DNA of 64,000 bases from positions 62,001 to 126,000 of the IMG/VR virus record IMGVR_UViG_3300002143_000235; one strand, written 5' to 3'. A model generated the notes under the pieces. The model saw only the letters and a list, made by a program, of their open reading frames with translations, did no database searches and was not told where the DNA came from. Position numbers and translations under genes: made by a program. Positions 1-10,070 of this stretch are shown in pieces (position 1 is the first letter of the stretch; every line of letters starts with the position of its first letter).

Positions 1-1
1 A

Positions 2-1051
2 TTGGTGAAACCAACATCTCAAATTAATGAGAGTTCTGAAAATACATATGCAAAAGGTTTAAGTGATATAAATGAACCGCGTCCATCAAGGATGAAAGCA
101 CCAAGTAGTGAATATCCACATGAATTCCCACTTTTTAATAGTAGAAATCCGCGTGGTGGATTATATATTCAAGATCAAATGAATGACATGTTTATTGATA
201 AATATGGTGAAGAACGTGGAAATGCAATGTTCCAGGGTATTTTAAATGCACCTAAACATGGGGCATTTTTTCAATTAGGAGATAAGATTGCACGTGAAAA
301 ATCAACAATGATTAATGATCTTGGAATTGCATATGGTCCAGGTACAGATTTTAATGGTGATTATTTTATGTATTCATATTTTTCGCTTTGGAAGGCTTGG
401 ATGGATAAGAATGGCTACAAATATGTCATTCCAACTCCGGAGGAAACAGAAGCAAAGAAAGCAATGAAAATTGCAGCTGAAGAACTTGCTAAAGAACAAG
501 AACGTCAAGCAGAAGTAACAAGACGTAATGAGGGCAATAAAAAAATATTTGATAGTAAAATGCAAGCATTAAGACAACGTTTTGGAAAACTACTTGACAT
601 TAAACCTGATGCAAAAGATTTAGATCGCCTTAAAAATATAACTACAAAAAGTCCTTGGTCAATGGAAACTTTTGTTCAGAAGATGTCTAACTCTATTAAA
701 GATGCTACAAAAGCAGCAAGACGTGGAACAGCTATTATTTCATTAATTGGAACAAATGTATCAAAATATAATGCACTTGATCTTGCTGAAATATTTTTTA
801 AAAGAGCATTACAATTAGGAGCTGTAACAGAAGGATTAGTATATGAAGCTATCATGCAATCAACCGATGAATATGATGTAAAAACTATCAATCTTAATAC
901 ACATACCTACATGTATGGTAATTCTAAAATACAAAGAAAAATTGATTCTTATGTCAAAGCCAACAACTTAACACGTTTTGATAATGAATGGCAATATGGT
1001 GCACATCTTGATGGAACATTTAATGTTAATTTCAAAGTTTTAAAACAATGA
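2..1051 (+). CDS. Hypothetical protein, probably 5'-truncated by the window edge
   Basis: 349-codon open frame from position 2; no recognisable motif. Confidence 0.6.
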   Translation: MVKPTSQINESSENTYAKGLSDINEPRPSRMKAPSSEYPHEFPLFNSRNPRGGLYIQDQMNDMFIDKYGEERGNAMFQGILNAPKHGAFFQLGDKIAREKSTMINDLGIAYGPGTDFNGDYFMYSYFSLWKAWMDKNGYKYVIPTPEETEAKKAMKIAAEELAKEQERQAEVTRRNEGNKKIFDSKMQALRQRFGKLLDIKPDAKDLDRLKNITTKSPWSMETFVQKMSNSIKDATKAARRGTAIISLIGTNVSKYNALDLAEIFFKRALQLGAVTEGLVYEAIMQSTDEYDVKTINLNTHTYMYGNSKIQRKIDSYVKANNLTRFDNEWQYGAHLDGTFNVNFKVLKQ

Positions 1052-1332
1052 TAACCTCAATCAACGAATGGCAAAAGATAAATGAGGAATTTCCACCGAG
1101 TAATTTTGATGATGTTGAATCAATATCTGACACAAAGTGTAGTGAATTTACCCCAGAAGAATTGGATCAAGCCTTAGGTTTCTTGGTTAATTATGGAATG
1201 GATTATATTGAGAATGAAGGAAGTGTTTATGAATTTATTCAAAATAGAGATGAAGATAATCTAAATGATGAAAGTGTCAAAAAGATGCTTGACTTATTAA
1301 TACGAATTAGAGCCAAATATGAAGGATCTTAA
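1048..1332 (+). CDS. Small acidic protein with MITSINEWxKINE N-terminal motif (putative internal head protein)
   Basis: ORF overlaps upstream stop (ATGA); same N-terminus as the ORF starting at 19824. Confidence 0.6.
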   Translation: MITSINEWQKINEEFPPSNFDDVESISDTKCSEFTPEELDQALGFLVNYGMDYIENEGSVYEFIQNRDEDNLNDESVKKMLDLLIRIRAKYEGS

Positions 1333-1336
1333 ATAG

Positions 1337-1362
1337 AAAAGGAGAGCAATTGCTCTCCTTTT
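1337..1362. terminator. Bidirectional intrinsic terminator
   Basis: Perfect palindrome AAAAGGAGAGCAATTGCTCTCCTTTT between convergent genes. Confidence 0.85.
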
Positions 1363-1365
1363 TCA

Positions 1366-1743
1366 TTATAGTTTGTCTTTAGTAACATAGACAGTGATTG
1401 TCTTCTCTTTCGGAAAGACTTCAGGACCAATTGTATCAGCAGCTATACCATTATATGATGTGTAATATCCAGAAATTCTGATGAAAACATCGTGACGCTC
1501 AAAATAAAAAACCCCCCACCAATCTTCATTTTCATGAGATCCACTTGAATCCACTTCTTTGAATGGACCAAAGTCTTCAAGTTTTACTGCATTTTCGTCT
1601 TGTTCATCATCATCATCGTCATCAAAACTATGACGATCATCGTAATCTTCATCAGCAATTTCGTTTGCATCGATATCCGAGTTCCATAACAGCTCAAGGA
1701 TTTGATCCCCGGTAAGTTTTCCTTCTGGAATTTTTGTTGACAT
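1366..1743 (-). CDS. Hypothetical protein, paralogue 3 of YxSYxG family, with acidic insert
   Basis: FERHDVFIRISGYYTSYNG shared with the two neighbouring ORFs. Confidence 0.75.
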   Translation of the reverse strand: MSTKIPEGKLTGDQILELLWNSDIDANEIADEDYDDRHSFDDDDDDEQDENAVKLEDFGPFKEVDSSGSHENEDWWGVFYFERHDVFIRISGYYTSYNGIAADTIGPEVFPKEKTITVYVTKDKL

Positions 1744-1765
1744 TGTATTGTTTATTAATTGTTAC

Positions 1766-2065
1766 TTATTCATAAACTGTAATCATTACTTTTTTAGGAC
1801 GAACTTCTTCACCGTATCCATTTTCAAATTCTGCCCCTTCGTATGATGTATAATATCCAGTAGTTTTGATGTAAACATCGTGATCTTCAAAATATTTTAC
1901 AGAGTACCAGTCATCACCTTGACCTTCACCACCATACTGATCAACTTCTTCCCAAAGTCCAAGACCTTCCAGATTTTTGTTGAAATCACACCCTGCAAAT
2001 TCTCTTACAGAAATTCCTGCTTTCTCAATGAGATTAATAATCTCATTTGCTGTTAATTTATTCAT
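1766..2065 (-). CDS. Hypothetical protein, paralogue 2 of YxSYxG family
   Basis: FEDHDVYIKTTGYYTSYEG. Confidence 0.75.
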   Translation of the reverse strand: MNKLTANEIINLIEKAGISVREFAGCDFNKNLEGLGLWEEVDQYGGEGQGDDWYSVKYFEDHDVYIKTTGYYTSYEGAEFENGYGEEVRPKKVMITVYE

Positions 2066-2067
2066 GT

Positions 2068-2382
2068 TTAATTATTTACTTTTTTGTAGTTAATCACAGT
2101 TTCTTCAAATGGCTCAACTTCGTAGACATCATTAAAATTATAACCTTCATATGATGAATACCAACCATCAAATTTGATATAGACATTGTGCTCAACAAAA
2201 TGTAGAATTTTGTTACAATCGTTATCTGCATCAAAAATACTCTTTACGTTACTAACTTCCCCAAGTCCATCTACGAAATGTGAATTTCCTGGATAGATAA
2301 TAGCTGCAATCCCTTTAAGTGAATATTCATTCGGTCTTTTTTCAAAAAAAGCCAAAATTTCGTTATACGATAACTGATTCAT
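2068..2382 (-). CDS. Hypothetical protein, paralogue 1 of YxSYxG family
   Basis: FVEHNVYIKFDGWYSSYEG. Confidence 0.75.
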   Translation of the reverse strand: MNQLSYNEILAFFEKRPNEYSLKGIAAIIYPGNSHFVDGLGEVSNVKSIFDADNDCNKILHFVEHNVYIKFDGWYSSYEGYNFNDVYEVEPFEETVINYKKVNN

Positions 2383-3109
2383 ATTTTACTGTATTAATTT
2401 TTTCTATAAAGTTAAAAGGTGCTTTGTGTAATCTTTTATGATTTTCAATAGCATAAAGCGCTATGTATTCCGGAAAATGAGACATGATACATTTTTTAAG
2501 CATCTTACTAAAAGCCGGTTGATGATGCATATTTTTGTACCGTTCGTATGCCATCACCATAACTTCTTCACAAACTACACGATCTTTATCTTTATTTGAC
2601 AAAGCGTGAAATTTAGACTCGTCTAATTCAACTTCTTTTCCATCAGCAAGTACAAGTGTATAAGCTGGAATAGTATGAAGATATGTATGAAGAATATCGT
2701 GCTCATGCTCATCGTAATTGATAGCATTTGTGAAAAATTCTTCCTTATTCAATGCAAGATTACTTCTACGAACTTGTGGCAGTATTGTTTCCCAAAATGC
2801 TCTAAGTTCACGCATAATTGTAATATCAATCACACATCCTTTTTCAAGTAAAAATTGAAGATCAAATATATGTTTACTCCAATTAATATCCCAAAATAAA
2901 TGTGAAGCTTTGAGTGTTACAAGAAGATTTGGTGATAAATATCCTTCATCTTGGTATTTAAGAATAACTGGATTAAGTAAGTATTCAATTTCACGTGATT
3001 GAGGAAGATTGTCAACAGATGCAACAGCATAATCAATGTCTTTCGAGCATCGATTGAAATCTGGGAAGTAATATTTTATAGCTGTTGAACCTATGATAAC
3101 TTTCTTCAT
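2363..3109 (-). CDS. Pol-beta-superfamily nucleotidyltransferase-like protein
   Basis: N-terminal IIGS...KDID (GS + DxD) signature; helical C-terminal domain with HEHDILH and EE..V.AYER. Confidence 0.6.
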   Translation of the reverse strand: MKKVIIGSTAIKYYFPDFNRCSKDIDYAVASVDNLPQSREIEYLLNPVILKYQDEGYLSPNLLVTLKASHLFWDINWSKHIFDLQFLLEKGCVIDITIMRELRAFWETILPQVRRSNLALNKEEFFTNAINYDEHEHDILHTYLHTIPAYTLVLADGKEVELDESKFHALSNKDKDRVVCEEVMVMAYERYKNMHHQPAFSKMLKKCIMSHFPEYIALYAIENHKRLHKAPFNFIEKINTVKYESVIV

Positions 3110-3156
3110 GTTGCAAATATTCGAAAAAAAAACGTATTACAAAAATATTTATAACA

Positions 3157-3387
3157 TTAATGAATTGGTGTCTTTGAAATGTGTGTTACACTTTGATTAG
3201 AAACGTTTATTGATGTTCCTTCAGCTCGTCCTTCTTTGTTATGTTTAATTGTACAATGAGCAGACATAACACGTACATTTTTCATATGATTTGTTTTTGT
3301 CTGAATCAAATAAGTACCATCTTCTGGTATAATGTGATGATCTGCAAAAGCAACCATTTGAATTGTATAATCTGTTAGAGTTTTCAT
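3157..3387 (-). CDS. Hypothetical protein
   Basis: ORF in the minus-strand operon, start overlaps the upstream stop. Confidence 0.6.
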   Translation of the reverse strand: MKTLTDYTIQMVAFADHHIIPEDGTYLIQTKTNHMKNVRVMSAHCTIKHNKEGRAEGTSINVSNQSVTHISKTPIH

Positions 3388-3821
3388 AAAATACCGGTTG
3401 TTAAATAGTATGTAAGTACTGTTTTCTGTGTTGCATGAATCTTCTCCAATGCCTCAGTGTAATCAACCCATTTGAAATGATCAATCTCTGGAAACGGAAC
3501 CTCACGTGAAGTTACCATAGAATAACATACAGCATCATGTTCACAATTAGTATATGCAAGAAATGCACAAAGTTTTTTTTTCTTGTGTGCATAAACTTCG
3601 TAGATTGGTTCTAAAGGATGAACAGTAATTGTATGTGAATCAATATCAGTTTCTTCCTTCAATTCTCTAAGCATTGATTCAATTTCTGTTTCACCTTCAT
3701 CCATCAAACCCTTTGGAATTGACCAATCATTTTCAGTATTGGTCACATGTCCTATAAGGATCTTAGAATTACACACCAAGAATACACCACATGTCGTCTT
3801 CATTTCTACTGCTGATTCCAA
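3384..3821 (-). CDS. Nudix hydrolase
   Basis: Nudix box GLMDEGETEIESMLRELKEETDI. Confidence 0.9.
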   Translation of the reverse strand: MESAVEMKTTCGVFLVCNSKILIGHVTNTENDWSIPKGLMDEGETEIESMLRELKEETDIDSHTITVHPLEPIYEVYAHKKKKLCAFLAYTNCEHDAVCYSMVTSREVPFPEIDHFKWVDYTEALEKIHATQKTVLTYYLTTGIL

Positions 3822-4000
3822 TTATAAATGATTTTAATTTTTGTATTCTTAGGAATCATTTTCGCAACATACTCAATTGATTCACATGGTAAATATCTAC
3901 TTTCCCACTGTCGTATTGGAATGATACCAAATAAGTACTTACGTCTCTGTATCTGGTACATCTTATTGTCGAGATGAAGTAGTCTGTATTTGTATTTCAT
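3806..4000 (-). CDS. Hypothetical protein
   Basis: Small ORF in operon context. Confidence 0.5.
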   Translation of the reverse strand: MKYKYRLLHLDNKMYQIQRRKYLFGIIPIRQWESRYLPCESIEYVAKMIPKNTKIKIIYNWNQQ

Positions 4001-4003
4001 AAC

Positions 4004-4420
4004 TTATAGTTCTTTTTCTAATTCAGCAATCTTTGTGTCAATAGCATCAATCTTTTTCTGCCTGTGTTCATTCAAGCCCTTCAATGCAATCCTGATCTGT
4101 TTTTTGTAATGCGCAATACATTCCTTCTCTGTTTTAAAACAATTGATTGGAATACCTTTGTAAGATCGAAAACCAGTATTATCGTATGGAGCAATAATCT
4201 TGCTTGCCACAGGTTCACCTTTTGCATTCAACCCAACAAAATGACTATCTGAATAGTAAATAGTCTTTGAAATTGCATCGTTTGAGCGGACAAGAACCTG
4301 TGTAGGTTTTAAATATCGTGCTGGCTTATTGTCAAAGTCAGTATAACGAAAGTCACACACCCAGACAGTCTGTCCATTCATAGATCCAGATGTGATATTG
4401 TTGATGTCTATTTTACCCAT
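4004..4420 (-). CDS. Hypothetical protein
   Basis: ORF abutting the ligase stop codon. Confidence 0.7.
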   Translation of the reverse strand: MGKIDINNITSGSMNGQTVWVCDFRYTDFDNKPARYLKPTQVLVRSNDAISKTIYYSDSHFVGLNAKGEPVASKIIAPYDNTGFRSYKGIPINCFKTEKECIAHYKKQIRIALKGLNEHRQKKIDAIDTKIAELEKEL

Positions 4421-6336
4421 TATGCGTTTGCTATGATGTTAATGAAATCTTCGTATGTAACAACTTGTGTTCCGTTTTTCATTGCTTTTTGCATTTTTGT
4501 TGTCATTGATGCAAGTGAAGCAGTTACTAAGTATTGTGTTTCTTTACCAAGTGATGTGTGCAATGCTTTACCAGATGATTCGATTTCTAATTTGAACTGT
4601 CCTTTAGATGAATGTGTTGAACAATCCCCACTCATTTCAAAAGTGATAAGACCAGCTTTTGGTTGAACAGGTTCGATAACATTTACATTGTTTGCACGTA
4701 AAACGTCAATCAGTGCTTGTACTTCATCCTGAACATCTTTGTTTTGAATGAAATCCATGATAACTTGTTTCTCAAGACCTTTAAAGTCGTAAGGAATGTT
4801 TGTCATCCAATTTGCAAGTTGTTTTGAAATTGTTTTACCACAGTTTCTGTAACCCATTGCATAGATAACTTGCCATAAATCAACTTGTGTGAAAGCAAAA
4901 AGATCTTCGATAAGAACTTGAAGTTCACGACCTTGTTTGAATTCTCCACTTTGAATTAAAAGCATCTCAAGTCCAAGTGGATTTTGAGACATCAATTCTT
5001 GAAGACCAAGACCAGCTTTAGCAATACGTTCTGAAAGAGCTGGACCAACATTTTTGATTCCTAATGCTGAAATACTATTGTACAATTTCAATGCTGCAAA
5101 TTCAGGTGTTGATTCAAAATCAGCAACCATAAGTTGTACACCATCAAAAACAACAGCGTGACCGTTCCATTCAGTCATTAAATCGTATGTCTCGTTACTT
5201 GGTTCAGTAACTTCAACAATCTTTGGAATGATATCACCAGATTTGATCAAAGATACCTGAGCACCAGGATAACATTTGTTCTTTAACATCCAATCAGCAT
5301 TGTAAACTGATGCACGTTTTACTTCTGTTCCTAAAAGGTCTACAGCTTCTAACAATGCAACTGGTGCTAATTGACCACGTTTACCGAGTGTCCAATCAAT
5401 ACCAATGATACGAGTGTAAACAGCTTGTGTAATAAACTTGATCGCAAGTCCCCAGTTTGGATATTTATCAGATCCACCTAAGTAAGAACGATCTGATTCA
5501 GGCATCTTAGCAACAATACCATCTAATTGATACTTACAATTTTCACGGTAATACTTGAATTCAGCATACATTTTTTCAAATGTTTTCAAATCAAGTTCAG
5601 ATGCGTTGTAGTGTTTGATAAAATCGAGTGTGTTGAATCCCCACTTGATCAATTGATCTTGTGTATTCTCTTTAAAATTAGCAATCTGAAATGCGACAAA
5701 ATCGATATCAGCACAAACTGTTTTATCACCTTTAGTTAATGCACCAGCAACAAAGTTACGTGCATTGGCATATTTCTTAACAGCATTTGAGTTCGGTCCG
5801 TAAACCGTATCAAACAAATACGTATCGATAACAGCTTCTCCACGAATCTCACCAGTAAATCCTTTGATAAATGATGGAACGTTTTGTGCAAAGCTTGCGG
5901 TGTAATCTTGTCCTTCGTAACCATCACCACGAGAAAGGATGTGCTTCAACTCACCATCTACATAAATACAGTTGATTGCATTACCATCCAATTTTGGTGT
6001 AAACTCAACAAGTGCTGATGACAATTGATTCAACCATGCTTGAAATTCCAAGAAAGGAATGTAATCTGGTTTGAACTGAATTTTCTTTAATGATCCCATA
6101 GGAGTCACGTGTTGAACTACAGCAGTCTTACCTTTACTGATAGTTGCTTTATCACCTTTGACCTTCACAGAACCGATGATTTCAACTACGAATGAATCAA
6201 TCTTTACAAGCGTCTCTTCGATGATATCGAATTCTGCATCATCCATGATCGGATTACCATCATAATAAGCTGCTTTTGCTCTTAAGTAAAGAGCTTCATC
6301 TGCTGTGAGTGTTTTAAGATCTATCGTGTTCGCCAT
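4420..6336 (-). CDS. ligA: NAD-dependent DNA ligase
   Basis: KLDG adenylation motif, RGDG, RGEA, RNFVAG, DGIVAK, AIKF, SGDIIP OB fold, C-terminal BRCT-like segment; Zn-finger cysteines not evident. Confidence 0.95.
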   Translation of the reverse strand: MANTIDLKTLTADEALYLRAKAAYYDGNPIMDDAEFDIIEETLVKIDSFVVEIIGSVKVKGDKATISKGKTAVVQHVTPMGSLKKIQFKPDYIPFLEFQAWLNQLSSALVEFTPKLDGNAINCIYVDGELKHILSRGDGYEGQDYTASFAQNVPSFIKGFTGEIRGEAVIDTYLFDTVYGPNSNAVKKYANARNFVAGALTKGDKTVCADIDFVAFQIANFKENTQDQLIKWGFNTLDFIKHYNASELDLKTFEKMYAEFKYYRENCKYQLDGIVAKMPESDRSYLGGSDKYPNWGLAIKFITQAVYTRIIGIDWTLGKRGQLAPVALLEAVDLLGTEVKRASVYNADWMLKNKCYPGAQVSLIKSGDIIPKIVEVTEPSNETYDLMTEWNGHAVVFDGVQLMVADFESTPEFAALKLYNSISALGIKNVGPALSERIAKAGLGLQELMSQNPLGLEMLLIQSGEFKQGRELQVLIEDLFAFTQVDLWQVIYAMGYRNCGKTISKQLANWMTNIPYDFKGLEKQVIMDFIQNKDVQDEVQALIDVLRANNVNVIEPVQPKAGLITFEMSGDCSTHSSKGQFKLEIESSGKALHTSLGKETQYLVTASLASMTTKMQKAMKNGTQVVTYEDFINIIANA

Positions 6337-6481
6337 GTTCTTTTTGTTTTATTTCTAAATAAGCTAAAAGTTTTTCACCTTTTTCAATATCATCATCCCA
6401 ACCATCTTGAAACTCACCATTGAGTTCTTTAGTCGCTTCTAGTAATTCTTTGATGATATTAATTTGTTCTTGTAGTGTCAT
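6314..6481 (-). CDS. Hypothetical protein (likely start MTLQEQ at 6481)
   Basis: ATG lies just downstream of a TATATTTG promoter; the longer track ORF runs through the terminator hairpin. Confidence 0.55.
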   Translation of the reverse strand: MTLQEQINIIKELLEATKELNGEFQDGWDDDIEKGEKLLAYLEIKQKEHGEHDRS

Positions 6482-6487
6482 ACGGTA

Positions 6488-6537
6488 CAAATATAATAAA
6501 AAAATTGGTATTGCAAAACACAATACCAATTTTTTTT
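6488..6537 (-). promoter_or_regulatory. Terminator hairpin + TATATTTG early promoter cassette A
   Basis: Minus strand AAAAAAATTGGTATTG-loop-CAATACCAATTTTTTT then TATATTTG; TTTG about 18 nt upstream of the -7 box. Confidence 0.75.
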
Positions 6538-6561
6538 ATTTATTTTTTTAAAAGGTCAATA

Positions 6562-7128
6562 TTAAATAATATCTTTATATTCCTTAAGTATTTGATTTAT
6601 TTCTAAGATTGACTTATTAAATTTAAAACGTAATACCCAACCAGCTTCACTCATTTCAGTCTTAAAATCGATATTTTTATCATTTAGAAAAATTTTCATT
6701 TTTTCTAAATGATTCCTAAACTGTATTTCTGACATTATGAAAATAAATACACCTATTCCGTACAATGTTGTATAATAACCAGAATTAAAAACTCGTTCGT
6801 TTGCTTTTAACTCAGTATAACACTCTTCGCGTGTTTTATTTCGCAAATCATTTGTTATTTTGTCAAATATCAATTGCTTCATCATGAATTTTGAAATATA
6901 TTGAGAAACAAATGATTTAAAGAAACTATCTACATTTTTGCCTGTTTTGAAATCGAAATCAATTGTAGTTCCATCAATACAAATACCGTATTTTTGTTGA
7001 GGTTCAATAGTATTAAAATCTTTTGTATATTCTTGTTCATACCACTTTCCATCTTTAATTTGCAATACTACTCTTACATCCGATTCAGTTACATCTTTTG
7101 CAAATTGTATAAAATCTTCTTTTTTCAT
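6562..7128 (-). CDS. Hypothetical protein flanked by cassettes A and B
   Basis: 188-aa ORF. Confidence 0.75.
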   Translation of the reverse strand: MKKEDFIQFAKDVTESDVRVVLQIKDGKWYEQEYTKDFNTIEPQQKYGICIDGTTIDFDFKTGKNVDSFFKSFVSQYISKFMMKQLIFDKITNDLRNKTREECYTELKANERVFNSGYYTTLYGIGVFIFIMSEIQFRNHLEKMKIFLNDKNIDFKTEMSEAGWVLRFKFNKSILEINQILKEYKDII

Positions 7129-7136
7129 ATCTGTAA

Positions 7137-7201
7137 TTATTAATTGAACAATACAAATATAATAAAAAAATTGGTATCACAAAACGCAATACCAATTTTT
7201 A
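7137..7201 (-). promoter_or_regulatory. Terminator hairpin + early promoter + conserved leader, cassette B
   Basis: Near-identical to cassette A over about 48 nt; TATATTTG followed by TATTGTTCAATTAATAA. Confidence 0.75.
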
Positions 7202-7453
7202 TTAAATTTTTTTAATATCAACAATTTGTTTCCATAATGGTGATATTTGAAATTTTTCAAGAATAAAATTAAAAGCTGTACCACTTTCTATTTTAATATC
7301 AGTTTTGCTATTGTGATTCATAATAATTACATTGAAATAGGTTTCACGATTTGGTTGTAAAACAAATCGTGATTGTTTTACAATTATTGTTACACCTTCA
7401 AAAATAAATTTTTGTGTAATCTCAATATGATTTAATGTATTTTTATCAGACAT
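7202..7453 (-). CDS. Hypothetical protein
   Basis: 83-aa ORF. Confidence 0.6.
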   Translation of the reverse strand: MSDKNTLNHIEITQKFIFEGVTIIVKQSRFVLQPNRETYFNVIIMNHNSKTDIKIESGTAFNFILEKFQISPLWKQIVDIKKI

Positions 7454-7465
7454 ATAATTTTTTAT

Positions 7466-8233
7466 TTAAAAAAAATAAATTGTATGACGGTCAGAACACT
7501 CTTTGTAGCCATCAAACTGCATCAATTCCTGCCACTGTGTAGTTGAAATGTAGATTGTTTTAGTCGGAAGTGTTTGAAACAACTTGATAAATCCTTTTGT
7601 TTGTTCTACATCAAGAAGTTGTGTTTCAAATGCGATACTTCCAGCCTTTGCAATCATAGCTCCAACAAATCGTTCATCACGTGTTTTTAATTTGTTGATA
7701 GTATATGTACTCTTTGGTTGTGTCAATGTTTTTTCAGATACTTTCTTCTGAAAATTTGCATCAACTACATAACCATTCTCAAGAAACAAAAGATCAACGG
7801 CTACCGGTTCATTATCTTCAGGAAAACCTAAACCAGATTTTTCAAGTTCTTCAACAGTTTCACACTTCCACATTTTTTCAAAACCTGATACATCACAAAA
7901 TCCACCTGTTTGATTAACTTTAAGATCACCAGCACGACGGAAGAAATTGATCATGCTTACAGCTTTATTATCAAGAACTTTACCGATTTCAATAATTGGT
8001 TGAATTTTAGTTCCTTTTGGTGCAGTATGAACTGCTGTATCAATAACAGTTTTAATTAGTTTCTGTTTTGGATTTTTACTTTGTTTATCTCCATGTAACC
8101 ATTCGTTAAATGTTTCTTCATTGTCATGTTTACAATAACGGAGAATTTCTTCTTCTGACCGAAGAATAAGTGACCAATCTTCGTGTGCCGGCGTATTTAA
8201 TAGACCAGCAAATGCGTATTTTCTGAATAACAT
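7466..8233 (-). CDS. Hypothetical protein (likely start MLFRKY at 8233)
   Basis: ORF downstream of promoter cassette C. Confidence 0.7.
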   Translation of the reverse strand: MLFRKYAFAGLLNTPAHEDWSLILRSEEEILRYCKHDNEETFNEWLHGDKQSKNPKQKLIKTVIDTAVHTAPKGTKIQPIIEIGKVLDNKAVSMINFFRRAGDLKVNQTGGFCDVSGFEKMWKCETVEELEKSGLGFPEDNEPVAVDLLFLENGYVVDANFQKKVSEKTLTQPKSTYTINKLKTRDERFVGAMIAKAGSIAFETQLLDVEQTKGFIKLFQTLPTKTIYISTTQWQELMQFDGYKECSDRHTIYFF

Positions 8234-8240
8234 ATTTTTC

Positions 8241-8297
8241 TTATTAATTGAACAATACAAATATAAGAAAAAAGGTGATACGTTGTATCACCTTTTT
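8241..8297 (-). promoter_or_regulatory. Terminator hairpin + early promoter + conserved leader, cassette C
   Basis: AAAAAGGTGATAC/GTATCACCTTTTT hairpin, TATATTTG, TATTGTTCAATTAATAA. Confidence 0.75.
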
Positions 8298-8310
8298 AAA
8301 TAATTTCAAT

Positions 8311-8559
8311 TTAATTTTTTAAATCCGAATCATCAAATATGACATTTGTATTGAATAATGTTGGTCCAGTAAAACTGACAGGCATTAATTCAAATACTTG
8401 ATAACACTGTAATCGATACCATACTTCACCGTTGATCTCACATTTTCTATTTTCTATTTTCAATGCAATATAGTCTACGCCAACGGTTTCTTTCAAAAAA
8501 TTCCATCCATCTTGTGTAATTTGGATATATATATGATTGTTTATGTTAAATTTTTTCAT
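8311..8559 (-). CDS. Hypothetical protein
   Basis: 82-aa ORF. Confidence 0.65.
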   Translation of the reverse strand: MKKFNINNHIYIQITQDGWNFLKETVGVDYIALKIENRKCEINGEVWYRLQCYQVFELMPVSFTGPTLFNTNVIFDDSDLKN

Positions 8560-8567
8560 ATTAAAAA

Positions 8568-9254
8568 TTAAATTCGTTCGATTTCGTAAAGCATGTATTT
8601 AGATGATGTAAATACTGTTGCTGATTTATCACCAAGTTCTAATTTAATGTCTTCTGGTCGATCACAGTAATGATTCACATGGATCAGATCTTTGATCTTA
8701 CCATTGTCTTTGATACGGATCTTTGTATTAGACGTACGATGTGCATCGTAATAGAACTCAGCAAGAGCTTCATAAGTGATGCGTTTGCTTTGACTAGAAA
8801 GTCCCTTCTCTTCCAATTCATCAAAATCAAGATTTTTAAAATCAATCTCGTAGATATTGTGTGCATCAAGAACTTCTTTTAACATACGATGGTTGTTTTC
8901 ATTTTTTAGCTTACTATGTTCCTTGTAAAGAAATTTGAGAAGATACATAAAGAACCCATCGTAGTAGACCACAGCAATATCTAATTTCTTACCAGCTTCT
9001 GCTAATTGTAAAAATAAATTAAGGTAACTAGAGAACTGATTTTCAGCACCAACAAACGATGGTGCTGCAAACAATAGTGTATCTTCAGGAATTGAGCCCA
9101 ATCGTTTCATGTTCTCATCACGGCTGTGATAGAATAACCAGATGAAGTTGTACCAATAATCTTTTGGTACATTAACTAATTCCAAAATATGATTGATGTA
9201 TGATGGTACCTCAAGATCATTTTCAAGAACCAATATGTTGTTGAATGCTTTCAT
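8568..9254 (-). CDS. Hypothetical protein, possibly receiver-like N-terminus
   Basis: ILVLEND start loosely resembles the receiver beta1 motif; otherwise unassigned. Confidence 0.6.
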   Translation of the reverse strand: MKAFNNILVLENDLEVPSYINHILELVNVPKDYWYNFIWLFYHSRDENMKRLGSIPEDTLLFAAPSFVGAENQFSSYLNLFLQLAEAGKKLDIAVVYYDGFFMYLLKFLYKEHSKLKNENNHRMLKEVLDAHNIYEIDFKNLDFDELEEKGLSSQSKRITYEALAEFYYDAHRTSNTKIRIKDNGKIKDLIHVNHYCDRPEDIKLELGDKSATVFTSSKYMLYEIERI

Positions 9255-9427
9255 TTAATAAATTTTATAGTTGCACCGGTTAATACTAATTGTTCTAAAT
9301 CAATTGTATGTTTATTGTCATTTATTACACGAATTCCCATACGCCATGATTGACATTTATAGTCTTTATTTTCATGAAATCCAATACGAATACTACTTTC
9401 GGTAGACTCAATTATTTTAATAACCAT
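9251..9427 (-). CDS. Hypothetical 58-aa protein (absent from the track)
   Basis: MVIKIIESTESS...KFIK*; stop overlaps the next ATG (ATGA). Confidence 0.5.
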   Translation of the reverse strand: MVIKIIESTESSIRIGFHENKDYKCQSWRMGIRVINDNKHTIDLEQLVLTGATIKFIK

Positions 9428-9436
9428 CTTAGTAAT

Positions 9437-9778
9437 TTATTTGAATTTTGTAAAATCAACATCAAAATTACAGATCACACTGATCAGCATCTGTTCTAAT
9501 GCGACAGAATCATGTGAGTCACCATAACCAACAATAAATCCGTCGTCATTGTCTTCAGTGATCGGACCAAAGAGATCTACACATTTTACAGCGCAATACA
9601 TTTTAGATTCAGGATTGTTTGAATAACGTTCGATTTCATAACGATATCCATTAGCTTCAAAGATAGACCAAACATCGTCTACCCAAGTCGCATGAGTCCA
9701 GTTTGGAAACCGAGACTTGAAAAGTTTTTCCCAAGCTCGATTTACTGTAAAGTGTGCTTCAATGTGATGTGCTTCCAT
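9437..9778 (-). CDS. Hypothetical protein
   Basis: 113-aa ORF. Confidence 0.7.
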   Translation of the reverse strand: MEAHHIEAHFTVNRAWEKLFKSRFPNWTHATWVDDVWSIFEANGYRYEIERYSNNPESKMYCAVKCVDLFGPITEDNDDGFIVGYGDSHDSVALEQMLISVICNFDVDFTKFK

Positions 9779-10070
9779 AATCTAATTGTTCTTTACCAAA
9801 ATATTCTTCATATTCTTTACAGTCGCACAATGTTTTATGATACTCACGACGATATATATTTCCAGCCCAAAAATGTATATCGTGGGGTTTAAAATCTGGT
9901 GTATTGTATTTACATTCTCCAAAACTTCGACCGTGATTCAATTTTGGATTTGACCACATATAAACAGTACAGCATACTGTCAGAATAATAAAAAATAAAA
10001 GAGCTTTTATTTTCATGATTAACAATTTATATACGTGATGTAAATTGTAAACCACCAACTGACATACCAA
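9759..10070 (-). CDS. Hypothetical membrane-anchored protein (start likely MKIKALL)
   Basis: Hydrophobic segment LLFFIILTVCCTVYMW. Confidence 0.5.
   Translation of the reverse strand: MVCQLVVYNLHHVYKLLIMKIKALLFFIILTVCCTVYMWSNPKLNHGRSFGECKYNTPDFKPHDIHFWAGNIYRREYHKTLCDCKEYEEYFGKEQLDYGSTSH

Noticed and set aside
7466-9254. Paralogy of the two LEN-containing hypothetical proteins
   Set aside because: Only a few residues match by eye; needs a profile-profile comparison
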